From a virus (lineage: Duplodnaviria; Caudoviricetes): DNA of 64,000 bases. Of the stretch, positions 48,321 to 58,606 are shown piece after piece; position 1 is the stretch's first letter, and each line of letters starts with the position of its first letter. A program made the position numbers and the translations under genes. The stretch lies in the IMG/VR virus record IMGVR_UViG_3300027566_000003, one strand, 5' to 3'. Under the pieces are notes generated by a model. That model did not search any database. It was not told the origin of the DNA and saw nothing but the letters and a program-made list of their open reading frames with translations.

Positions 48321-48724
48321 TATTATATAAATTTTGATTTATTAAAAGGAATTACGCCGACTGAATTAATTAAGACTTAATAAGATGTTTGTGAATACAC
48401 ATCTTACACATGAGAATAAAAGTTGTGTTTGACTACGGTTAAAAATACAATCTCTCATGGATACATACTTGGGGTTTAATCAAGAGACTCTATCTCATAT
48501 TTCGCCTTTATGGTGGTTATAAAAGTCGTTTGTGCTTTAGGCACGTTATATGGAGGCGTATGTCTCCCATCTAATATGGAAGGAGTTTCATAAACTGCCT
48601 TCAATAACAGAGTATGGAGTGTAAAGAAATTGTGTGACACAGTTAACTTTTCATTCTGTACTCTTATTTAATTTATTATACCCTCTCCCCTATTCTCTTA
48701 TAAGGAGATGAAATATAATAAAAG

Positions 48725-48907
48725 ATGAAGACAAATAAAATAGTAGAACAGCCTATTGAAAATAAATTAAACAAATACAATAATTATGATATTGAAAATG
48801 CTGATACTAAATGTCCGGTGTGTGGTAAATTACGTTTCTGGCTTAAATTTTATTGTAACGAAACAATTCTAAGATGTGAAGATTGTGGACATTTTGAGAA
48901 AATTTAA
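48725..48907 (+). CDS. small Zn-ribbon protein
   Basis: CPVCG...CEDCG. Confidence 0.6.
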   Translation: MKTNKIVEQPIENKLNKYNNYDIENADTKCPVCGKLRFWLKFYCNETILRCEDCGHFEKI

Positions 48908-48974
48908 TCCCCTATTGGTCGATTAGGGGATATTTTAATTTTGAAAATAAAATAACTTCTTTAGGAGAATTTAT

Positions 48975-50297
48975 TTGGAATATATACGAAAAGAAAATGA
49001 GTCATTTTTACAATTTGCTGATAGACTATTATCCAATAGAAAAGAATATGATTTAGACAAAGTTGAAGTTTATGAAATATTATACGGAGAACAAGTATCA
49101 GCAGATCATGCAAGAAAATGTCTAACTAGTTTAGAAAAAACAATTGAACAAGATAAAGTATGCAAAGTTGATATGCAATCTGATGAAAAATGTCTAGAAG
49201 ATAATTTGACTAAAAAATATAAATCAACCACAGAAATTAATAAAGATGGAACATATTCTAGTGATAAATTATTAGTTATGTCTGAAGAAGAATCTAAAAA
49301 TGTTAATTATCTTTTAAAATCTCATGGTTTTGACAACTTATCATGGGAATTAGTATCAGCAAGAAACAATATTTGGAATGTTTATAGTAAACAAGATGGT
49401 GTTAAAACACTTTATTCAAGCAAAATAGTAACTAAACCTAAAGTAAATCAATTTAATATTAATTGGATTAAACAGGCATTAGAAGATTTAGACCTAGAAA
49501 GTCCAGTAGTAGATCAAAAGCCTTATCATGTTAAAGGAAAAACTTTAGAAATTAATTTGGCAGATGTTCATATTGATAAACTTTGCTGTATTGATGAAAC
49601 AAGAAATAGTTATTCTACAGAAATTGGTATACAAAGATTATGGAATGTAATTAATGATATTATTGAAAAAGTAAATTTTTATAATATCAAGAAAATAATA
49701 TTTCCATTTGGTCAAGATGTGGCGAATATTGATAATATTTTCAATTCCACAACAAAAAATACGCCACAAGACACAGACGTAAAATATGATGTAATGTATA
49801 AATTGTTACTCAAAAATATAATTCAAATTATACATAAGCTTACTGATATTGCTCCAGTTCATGTAATATATGTCGGAGGAAATCATGATAAAGTAACATC
49901 GTTTACAATGACTGAAGCAATGTATTGGCATTTTTTGAATAATGATAATGTAGAAGTTGATTCTGTATTTAATAATCGCAAATACATAATGATTGGGAAA
50001 AACCTTCTGGGATTAGCACACGGGGCAGATGAACGCAAAAACATAGTTTATTGTATGCAAAATGATGTTCCTGAATTATGGGGGAAAGCGAAATATAGAG
50101 AATTTCATTTATCTCATTTCCATAAAGAAAAAATGACAGATGAACAAAATGGCATTGTTTTTAGATGGATAAGTGCAATTTGTGGCAATGACGCTTGGAC
50201 TTATAATAGTGGATATGTTGGTGCTCAAAAGAAAGCTCAATCTTTTATTTGGGATGACGATAAGGGTTTAGAAATGATTATTAATAGTTATGTTTAA
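48975..50297 (+). CDS. calcineurin-like metallophosphoesterase (YonJ-like)
   Basis: LADVH, GQD, GNHD, AHG, HFH motifs. Confidence 0.85.
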   Translation: MEYIRKENESFLQFADRLLSNRKEYDLDKVEVYEILYGEQVSADHARKCLTSLEKTIEQDKVCKVDMQSDEKCLEDNLTKKYKSTTEINKDGTYSSDKLLVMSEEESKNVNYLLKSHGFDNLSWELVSARNNIWNVYSKQDGVKTLYSSKIVTKPKVNQFNINWIKQALEDLDLESPVVDQKPYHVKGKTLEINLADVHIDKLCCIDETRNSYSTEIGIQRLWNVINDIIEKVNFYNIKKIIFPFGQDVANIDNIFNSTTKNTPQDTDVKYDVMYKLLLKNIIQIIHKLTDIAPVHVIYVGGNHDKVTSFTMTEAMYWHFLNNDNVEVDSVFNNRKYIMIGKNLLGLAHGADERKNIVYCMQNDVPELWGKAKYREFHLSHFHKEKMTDEQNGIVFRWISAICGNDAWTYNSGYVGAQKKAQSFIWDDDKGLEMIINSYV

Positions 50298-50326
50298 AAT
50301 AATTGAAAGACAAATGAGGTATTATT

Positions 50327-50965
50327 ATGGCATTTAAAAATTTTGATATTGACGACCTTTATGATAGTGAAGAAGTTAAAGAATTAGCAAAAGTTGTATT
50401 ACCAGATCCTAGTTTATTAGATTTTTATAATCGATTGTCAAAACGAGAAATTTGGATTAATGATTTTATAGATGATACATGTGTTGATCACGCAAAGCAA
50501 ATTATAGATTGGAATTTTCAGGATAGAAATATTTCTCTTGATGAAAGAGTAAAAATTAAAATATTCCTTCATACAGATGGTGGAGATACGACTGCTATGA
50601 ATGCCCTAATAGATTCCATTACCCTTTCTAAAACACCTTGTATGACTATTGCGATGGGTAAAATTTTTAGTGCAGGTGCTATGATTTTTCTTGCGGCAAA
50701 AGAAAGATTGCTATTTCCTACATCTAGAGTAATGATTCATAAGGGGTCGAGTGGTATTATTTCTGATGTAAATAAAATTATTGACTACTCTAAGTTTCTT
50801 GAAAAAGACAATGAAGTAACTAAAGAATTTATTCTTAAAAATACAAAAATTACCCCTAAGAAATATAAAGAAGTAGAAGATAAAGATTTATATTTATTTC
50901 CGAATGAATGTATTGAAATGGGAATTGCCACTGGAATAGTAGGGGATATCGAAGAATTGTTTTAG
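50327..50965 (+). CDS. ClpP-like protease
   Basis: IKIFLHTDGG, FSAG (Ser), MIHK (His), DLYL..NE (Asp). Confidence 0.85.
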   Translation: MAFKNFDIDDLYDSEEVKELAKVVLPDPSLLDFYNRLSKREIWINDFIDDTCVDHAKQIIDWNFQDRNISLDERVKIKIFLHTDGGDTTAMNALIDSITLSKTPCMTIAMGKIFSAGAMIFLAAKERLLFPTSRVMIHKGSSGIISDVNKIIDYSKFLEKDNEVTKEFILKNTKITPKKYKEVEDKDLYLFPNECIEMGIATGIVGDIEELF

Positions 50966-50996
50966 GTTTTAGTTTTAATTAACAAATAATAATTGA

Positions 50997-51386
50997 TTGG
51001 AGAATTATAATATGCGTGTATTTAATGCAGAATCTGTTTGGGACAAAGAAGAACGTCAGTTGATTCAAATTCTAACTATCGATGGTCAGGAAGTTGATTT
51101 AGAAACATATGCTTCTGAATTGGATAATGAAACTAATGAAAATGGAATAGTAGAAGAAGTACAAGAGGGTATTAATCATGGTGATGATTGTACATGCGAA
51201 GACTGTATTGAAAATAGGAAGAATATTTATTTAGCTGAAGCTGTAAAATATATGTTTGAAAATGAACTTTGTCCTAAACATGTATTCGAAATGCTTGGAG
51301 ATGTCTATGATAGAGCAAATTACGAAGGATATGAAGAGGGTTATGATGATGCCAAAGAAGATATGAAAGAGTGGTTGGAGGATTAG
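50997..51386 (+). CDS. acidic hypothetical protein
   Basis: ORF. Confidence 0.65.
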   Translation: MENYNMRVFNAESVWDKEERQLIQILTIDGQEVDLETYASELDNETNENGIVEEVQEGINHGDDCTCEDCIENRKNIYLAEAVKYMFENELCPKHVFEMLGDVYDRANYEGYEEGYDDAKEDMKEWLED

Positions 51387-51572
51387 ACAATATAATATAT
51401 TATTATAAATTCTAAGATTTAAAAGATGGATATAATTTAATATTTTTACAGTAGATAAGGCACATCATTAATTTGGTGTGTCTGGATGTATTGTAAAAAT
51501 ACAATACAAAATAAAATTAACTGACTTTAATATTTAGAGTTTAGTCAGTACTCTAGAAAGGATGATTAAAAA

Positions 51573-52427
51573 ATGTATCAAGAAAAAATGGTGGTCTGTC
51601 TCAAGAACAATGGTAAGATTCTCAGAGAAAAAGAGGGAGCAATTCAAATTCCATTTGGTTCGGAGTATTCTATTTATATCAAAAATCTTGAAAGCAGAAA
51701 AACAAAAGTCAAAATATCTATTGATGGAACGGATGTACTTAATGGTCAATCATTATTAATTAATCCAAATGATACAACTGAATTAGAAGGATTTTTAAGT
51801 GATTGTGTTGCAAAAAATAAGTTCAAGTTTATTCCTAAGACAAAAGAAATTTCAGAATTTCGTGGAGATAAGATTGATGATAGTTTATTAAGAGTAGAAT
51901 TTTGGTATGAACGATTGAAACCAATTACACAGCAAATTAATCAAGTATATAATCCTTGGAATCCTTGGATTACGTATAAACAACCAACTTATGATTATAA
52001 TCCTACTTGGATAACTAATTTAAATTGTAATGTTAGCACTAATATAGTTAATAAGTCAATACAAATGGATTGTTTAAGATCATTTGATAATAATATTTGT
52101 CAAACAGGTTCCACATTAAATAGTTGTGCTTCAGATATTACTGTTAATAATTTCTCTTCGTTAAATAATTCTGTAAGTGTTAAAAGTCTTGAAGATGGTA
52201 TTACTGTGAAAGGAACTCCCATTGAACAACAATTTAAATATGGTGATATTGGTGAATTAGAAGATCAATCCCATGTCATTATTTTGCGTTTACAAGGTTA
52301 TAATGATGTTGGTGAAACGGTTGAGAAAGTTATTGGGACTAAAGATAAGTTACAATGTAAAACTTGTGGAAAAATTAGTGGGTCTGGTAGTAAATTTTGT
52401 GATAGATGTGGTAGTTATTTAGAGTAG
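51573..52427 (+). CDS. hypothetical protein with C-terminal double Zn ribbon
   Basis: IPFGSEYSIYIKN...; CKTCG...CDRCG. Confidence 0.75.
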   Translation: MYQEKMVVCLKNNGKILREKEGAIQIPFGSEYSIYIKNLESRKTKVKISIDGTDVLNGQSLLINPNDTTELEGFLSDCVAKNKFKFIPKTKEISEFRGDKIDDSLLRVEFWYERLKPITQQINQVYNPWNPWITYKQPTYDYNPTWITNLNCNVSTNIVNKSIQMDCLRSFDNNICQTGSTLNSCASDITVNNFSSLNNSVSVKSLEDGITVKGTPIEQQFKYGDIGELEDQSHVIILRLQGYNDVGETVEKVIGTKDKLQCKTCGKISGSGSKFCDRCGSYLE

Positions 52428-52594
52428 GTTAAAATTTAATATTTTGCTATAGATAATATCTCTAACTATTAAATTATAGTTAGAGATATTTTTGTGTAAC
52501 AAAATAAGTTGCACTAGGATAGGTTGCTTTAAATTAAAGCACTGATAAGTATTACCCATACTTCCACTATAAAAATGGGTAAAGGAGGTTTGCA

Positions 52595-53368
52595 ATGTCA
52601 AATCAATTAGTAAAATTTAAGGAACTGGAATTAATGGAAGTGGATTTTAATAGCAATCTAATCATAGTCGTAAAAATGAAAGACACTGGTAAAAGTTATG
52701 TGGGCGTAAATTGGATTTGTAATGGGATAGGGTTATCAGAAGGACAATTAAAAAATGAGCGTAAGAAAATTCAAGAAGATATTGTCCTTTCTAAAGGGGG
52801 ACGTAATTTAATCCTCCCTACAAAAGGTGGTAATCAGCAGTCTTTATGTCTTGAGTTAGATTTTTTACCTTTATGGTTAGCGAAAATATCTATTACTAAA
52901 GATATGCAACAAAATAAACCTGAAGTTATGGATAAACTTATTGATTATCAATTAAATGCGAAAGATGTATTATCTAAAGCATTTTTTGGAAAACAAGAAA
53001 AATGGGATTTGCAAAGAGAAGTTGGTAAAGTTGATAGAAAAAGAATGACTTCTAGTATCCAAACTTACATACCTAGTGCTAAACCTTTTACTTATGCTTC
53101 TTATACAGACATGACCTATAAAATTTTGTTTAATATGACAGCAAAACAAATAAGAGAAAGTAGAAATATAAATAAAAAAGGTGATCTTACAAGAGATTAT
53201 TTAACAGAAGCAGAATTAAAATTAGTTGATGAAGCAGAAACAATAGTTACTGCTTTGACGGCATTAGGATTTAAGCAAGATTATATAAAGCATCAGTTAG
53301 AAGTTAAGTATGGAAATAAAATGTTAGATGGTAATAAATTTTGTAAATTAGATAATAAAATAAAATAA
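52595..53368 (+). CDS. antirepressor, P22 Ant N-terminal-like
   Basis: YVGVNWICNGIGL...LPTKGGNQQSLCL.LDFLPLWLAKI. Confidence 0.8.
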   Translation: MSNQLVKFKELELMEVDFNSNLIIVVKMKDTGKSYVGVNWICNGIGLSEGQLKNERKKIQEDIVLSKGGRNLILPTKGGNQQSLCLELDFLPLWLAKISITKDMQQNKPEVMDKLIDYQLNAKDVLSKAFFGKQEKWDLQREVGKVDRKRMTSSIQTYIPSAKPFTYASYTDMTYKILFNMTAKQIRESRNINKKGDLTRDYLTEAELKLVDEAETIVTALTALGFKQDYIKHQLEVKYGNKMLDGNKFCKLDNKIK

Positions 53369-53638
53369 AATAAAATAACATCCCTAAATAACAAGACGCT
53401 TGAGTAATCAGGCGTTTTGTGTGCGTATGGAATGGTTGTTTTTGTTTGGATGTTTTGTGGATAAGTCGATATCTCAAGCAAAATGTTTGAGATATTTGTT
53501 ATTCACTGAAATATGTGGATCAAAGTTGAGAGGTAATTTGGGTTAGCTACCCATCTCTGTACGCCTCTCTTCTTTATATTTTTTTTATTTGGAAATTAGT
53601 ACAGAGAAAATAAAAGTACAGAAAGAAGGAATTTAGAG

Positions 53639-55426
53639 ATGTTGGTTAGCGAAGAAGTAGAAGTTACACTTCATCCATCAAATGTTAAACATTATGAAGA
53701 TTTAGGTTATGAAATACCAAGAGAAAAAAATTAAAAAGAAACTTGTGATTCGTAAGGGTACAAAAATAAAGGTAAAAATAGAAGATCTTTTACCTGGAAC
53801 TAATGTAAAGATTATGTATAGATGTGATTATTGTGGAAAAGAAAAGTCAGTATTATATTGTGATTATACAAGGAGATCTTCAAAAAAAGACTGTTGTATT
53901 GATTGTTTACCTTTATATAATTCTGAAATAAATAAATTAAAATGGGAAGAAAAATTTAAATCTGAAACGAAAACATGTAGTAAATGTAAAAGAGAATTTC
54001 CTAAAACGACTGAATATTTCTTTCGAAGCATAGATAGACCAGACAGTTTATCTTGTCAATGTAAAGAATGTGCTTGTGGAAAAGAAATATTCGGAATAGA
54101 AAAAGAAATTATCCCAGAGGGATTTAAAAAATGTTTAGATTGTAAAGAAGTTTTTGAAATAAATGAAACTAATTTTAATACTTATGTTAAATCTTCTGAC
54201 GGTTTTTATAATATTTGTATTAAATGTCAAATTAATAGAAGACATAAGGATTCTATAGATGGATATAAGAAGTGTAAAATTTGTAACAGAGAACTTGCTA
54301 TCAATAGAGATTTTTATGACGTAGATGATAGATGTTTAGATGGATATAGGGGTATTTGTCGTGAATGCAACGGCGAAGACTTTTATCCAGAATTTAAAGC
54401 AGATCCTTGGAGTCAAGAAGATATTGATATTATAATTGAAAATTATGAACATAAAACAATTAAAGATATATTACCTTTACTTACTTCCATAAGAACTGAA
54501 AAATCAGTAATGCACTTAGCACAAAATTAGATTTAAGAAAAATAGATAATCATATAAAATACTATAAGCAAATTCAGTATAAAATTATTGATAATAAATT
54601 ACATAAATTATGTAAGTGTTGTGAGGAATACTTACCAGTAGATAGAGCATATTTTCCTGATGACCAAAAATGTACAGATAATTTAAGAAATGTATGCCGA
54701 GTTTGTAAAGGAGAGGAATATTTATTTGATTCAAATATTCATATTTGGACACAAGAAGAAACTACTATATTAATAAATAATTATTCTAGTATGACAAACA
54801 ATGAAATAAGAAATAAATACTTTCCGTTTCTAATAAATAGGCAAATAATGTGCAAAGGAAATAATTTAAATCTTTATAAAGCACAAGAAACGTTAGGTAG
54901 AATGTTTATTGAATTAGGTAAAATTACGTCAGATAGATTATTATCTTTAGATAAATGGAAAGGCGAAGATAATCCTCAATATGATAGTCAAAGATTTGGC
55001 AATCTAAATCCTAATTATAAAAATGGAATTAGTGCTTTGTCACAAGAATTAAGAAGAAATATAAAACAGTGGAAATTTGATAGTATGGATAATGCTAATT
55101 ATAAATGTTTTATTTCAGGAAAGAATTTTGATGATATTCATCACTTATATAGTTTTGGAAGTATAGTTCAAGATACTTTAAATGAAACTGGAATACCATT
55201 ATATGAGAATATCTCTTCATATACACAAGAAGAATTACAACAATTAATTGATAAATGTTTGGAGATACATAATCGTTACCCGTTAGGGATATGCATGCAG
55301 AAAAAATATCATATCCAATTTCATGTTGAGTTTAGGTATGGAAACAATACTCCTGAACAATTTTATCAATTCCTTGAAAATTATTATGATGGAAAATATA
55401 AATATTTGGAAGAAGTAACTCAATAG
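53639..55426 (+). pseudogene. multi-Zn-finger HNH endonuclease interrupted by two compensating frameshifts
   Basis: ATG at 53639; shifts at A7 (53724-30) and A4 (54523-26); C-terminal CFISG..HHL...H..FH..GNNT.EQF. Confidence 0.75.
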
Positions 55427-55520
55427 TTCTGTTGACTATAAATGTATTATCTTTTTTTAGATAGTACATTTTTGTGTGACCAGAAATAAACAATTTAAGA
55501 ATAAAAGGAAGTGAAACTTA

Positions 55521-56693
55521 GTGGCAAGACAAAAATCTGTGGCAACAAATTCGATTGTGCCACAAGTTAAAATTGAAAATAACACAATCACATGCCCTAT
55601 GTGTGGAGAACCAAAATCTTCTATTAAAAGTGCTTTAAACTTTTATAAAAGTTTATCACCTTTGTATACAGGTATAAATCTAGAACGTGTTGACCAACCA
55701 ATGATGGTATTTTGTAAAGAATGTGTATGGAATACTTATGATACATATTTCAATATTTTAAAAGATATTAAGAAATCAGTTCTTATTACTTGTATGAAGT
55801 TTGATATACCATTCAATGAAGGTGACTTTGATGGAGCAATGAAACAGTACGTAAATAAACCATCTGCTCATCCGTTTAAAATATATATGACAAAATTAAA
55901 TTCATTGGGAAATTTCAACAACGCTTTAACTGGTTTTGATCCAAAGTTCTTATTTGATAAAGAAACTGGAAAAGACCTTATTACTAATGCATTGGAACTT
56001 GAAGTAAAGGATTTAGATTATAATGTTCAATTAAATGAACAGGATTTACAAGTTAAAGAAGATGTAATTAGACTTATAGGATATGATCCATTTGCTGGAT
56101 ATTCAAATTTTGACCAAAAGTTTTTATTTAATGAACTAATCACTTATCTTGACGAAGATACATTGGATGATGCTTTTAAATTAAGTCAGGTTTTACAATT
56201 AGTTAATAATAATAATCAGATACGAAAAATAGATTTAGTAATTTCTACTCTTAGTAATGATGCTAAGACTTTAATTTCGAACCAAGGAGAAATAAAATCT
56301 TTATCTGCTACTAAAAGTCAAATAGTAGGTAGTACAGATAAGATTGCAAAAGAGAATTCTATTTCTGTAAAAAATCGTGGAGATAAATCAGCAGGAAAAT
56401 CTACTCTCTCTAGTCTTATGAAACAATATAGAGAACTTAATTTTGAAGATGCTGAACAAGATTATTATGATCAAAATAAAGCATATGGCATGAAAATGAC
56501 AGCAGATATTTCAAATAAAAGTTTACTTGAACAATTACAGTTGGATGAAAATGATTATACTGATATGTTAAATACTCAAAGAGGATTGATCCAAGAGTAT
56601 CAGTCTAGAATTGAAGATTTAGAAGAGGAAAATAGACAATTAAATGTATTGTTAGATAAAAATGAATCACCTTCTATTTTGGAAGGTGATTAA
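55521..56693 (+). CDS. terminase small subunit-like protein (YonG-like)
   Basis: CPMCG...CKEC; directly upstream of terL. Confidence 0.55.
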   Translation: MARQKSVATNSIVPQVKIENNTITCPMCGEPKSSIKSALNFYKSLSPLYTGINLERVDQPMMVFCKECVWNTYDTYFNILKDIKKSVLITCMKFDIPFNEGDFDGAMKQYVNKPSAHPFKIYMTKLNSLGNFNNALTGFDPKFLFDKETGKDLITNALELEVKDLDYNVQLNEQDLQVKEDVIRLIGYDPFAGYSNFDQKFLFNELITYLDEDTLDDAFKLSQVLQLVNNNNQIRKIDLVISTLSNDAKTLISNQGEIKSLSATKSQIVGSTDKIAKENSISVKNRGDKSAGKSTLSSLMKQYRELNFEDAEQDYYDQNKAYGMKMTADISNKSLLEQLQLDENDYTDMLNTQRGLIQEYQSRIEDLEEENRQLNVLLDKNESPSILEGD

Positions 56694-56695
56694 TT

Positions 56696-58549
56696 TTGGC
56701 TAAAAAATCAAAAGATATTTTAAGCACAAGAAAAATAGAGTTATATCTTCAAAATGCAAAAATAATAAAATACCTTAGACGTAATCCAGTAATTGCTTGC
56801 GAAATATTATTGGGAATTAAACTCATGGATAGCCAAAAATATATTTTAGAACAGTCATGGAATACCCCTCATATAGTTTGGTGTTGTTCTCGAAACTTTG
56901 GAAAATCATTTTTAGGAGCAATATTAATAATATTAAAAGCAATTTTATATGAGAATCAAGCGATTTATATAATCTCATCTGTTGGTAGTCAAGCACAAGA
57001 AACTTTCACTAAAATTGAAGAAATATGTTTAAGAATAGGGAAAACTTCAAATTCAATAGCTTCGCTTAAAGATATTGCTATGAACGAGACTGTTAAATCA
57101 CCTGCTTGTAAAACTGGATTTAGTCATTCACAAACAGGATTTCATGTTGAGTTTTATAATGGTAGCGAAATATTTACATTAAATGGAAATCCAGATAATA
57201 ACAGAAGTAAACGCGCAACGATGGTGTTTTTTGACGAGGCAGGGTTCTCATCTGATGAATTAATTGCAGTATCAGAAGCATTTGCCACACAGGATTTAAA
57301 CTTTATTACATCTATTGATGAAGATTTTAATTTAAAAACATTAAGAAAAAAATGTCCAACTCAATTAGTTTATGCTTCTTCAGCAAGTGACGTTGATACT
57401 ATATTTTATAGAAAGTATAAAGATTTTGCAAAAAAAATGTTTCTTGGAGATAAGAGATATTTTTGTTGTGATATTCCATGTGAAATACCTTTACATCCTT
57501 TAATGGATGGAAAAGAATATCCTCCTCTTTTACAACAATCTAAAGTTGATAATGCAATGTCTGCGAATCGCGAAAAAGCATTACGTGAATATTTCAACAA
57601 GTTTAGTACAGACGGAGGAGAAAATCAAATTGTTAAATGGGGACAAATCAGGCGTAATGAAACATTTATATTGCCAGAACTCCATTTTGTTGATGGTGGA
57701 AAATACGCTATTGCTTTTGACCCTGCAAGATCGGGGGATAATTCAATTATTACAGTTATGAAAATAATTGAAGATAAAAACATAGGTTATTATGGAGAAA
57801 TTGTTAATTGTACTAATTTAGTAGACTTAGCTAGTAAAAAAGGGATAAAAATGGCTTCGCCAGACCAAATTAAAGCATTAAAAGATTATATATTAGCATA
57901 TAATAGTAATTATCCTGATTATGAAAATATAGAAGTTCTTCAAATTGATGCCGGAGCTGGTGGTGGAGGAATAAGTGCATACTCAGATAATTTGTTGGAA
58001 GATTGGATAGATCAAAAAGGTATTAAGCATAAAGGATTTTTAGATAAAAAGTATGAGTTATATGAAGGATATGAAAATAAATATCCTAATGCAAGTAATA
58101 AATTAAATCTATTATCACCTAATAAATATAGGACACAAATGTGCGATGAATTTATTGAGCTAATGCAATTGGATTTAATAAAGTTTCCAAAAGAATATGA
58201 TGGAAAAGGATATGTTACTTTACAGAAACAAGTTGGCGAAGAAATAAAATTACAAACTAAATCACTAACAACAGAAGAAGAAATAGCTTTGTTAAATATG
58301 GATGTTTTAAAAAGTGAAATAACCTCGATATATAAATTTGAAAATCCAGAAAAAACAAGTAAATCATATAGAATGTCAAAAGAAAAAGAAGGAAAAGTAC
58401 ATGATGATAGATTTTATACAATTATCATGTTGTCTCATTATTTATATGATTTAAGAAGGAAGAATGTCACTAATAAAATAGATGACACCAATCTAGATGA
58501 TCATTTTGTTCCCCCATCATCTACTCCTTGGAATGATTTCAATAATTAA
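56696..58549 (+). CDS. terL: terminase large subunit
   Basis: SRNFGKS Walker A, FFDEAG Walker B, AFDPAR and HDDR nuclease motifs. Confidence 0.92.
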   Translation: MAKKSKDILSTRKIELYLQNAKIIKYLRRNPVIACEILLGIKLMDSQKYILEQSWNTPHIVWCCSRNFGKSFLGAILIILKAILYENQAIYIISSVGSQAQETFTKIEEICLRIGKTSNSIASLKDIAMNETVKSPACKTGFSHSQTGFHVEFYNGSEIFTLNGNPDNNRSKRATMVFFDEAGFSSDELIAVSEAFATQDLNFITSIDEDFNLKTLRKKCPTQLVYASSASDVDTIFYRKYKDFAKKMFLGDKRYFCCDIPCEIPLHPLMDGKEYPPLLQQSKVDNAMSANREKALREYFNKFSTDGGENQIVKWGQIRRNETFILPELHFVDGGKYAIAFDPARSGDNSIITVMKIIEDKNIGYYGEIVNCTNLVDLASKKGIKMASPDQIKALKDYILAYNSNYPDYENIEVLQIDAGAGGGGISAYSDNLLEDWIDQKGIKHKGFLDKKYELYEGYENKYPNASNKLNLLSPNKYRTQMCDEFIELMQLDLIKFPKEYDGKGYVTLQKQVGEEIKLQTKSLTTEEEIALLNMDVLKSEITSIYKFENPEKTSKSYRMSKEKEGKVHDDRFYTIIMLSHYLYDLRRKNVTNKIDDTNLDDHFVPPSSTPWNDFNN

Positions 58550-58606
58550 AAAAACAAATAAAAATTACAAATACATAAATAATATTCACAGAAATGAGGT
58601 GAAATT

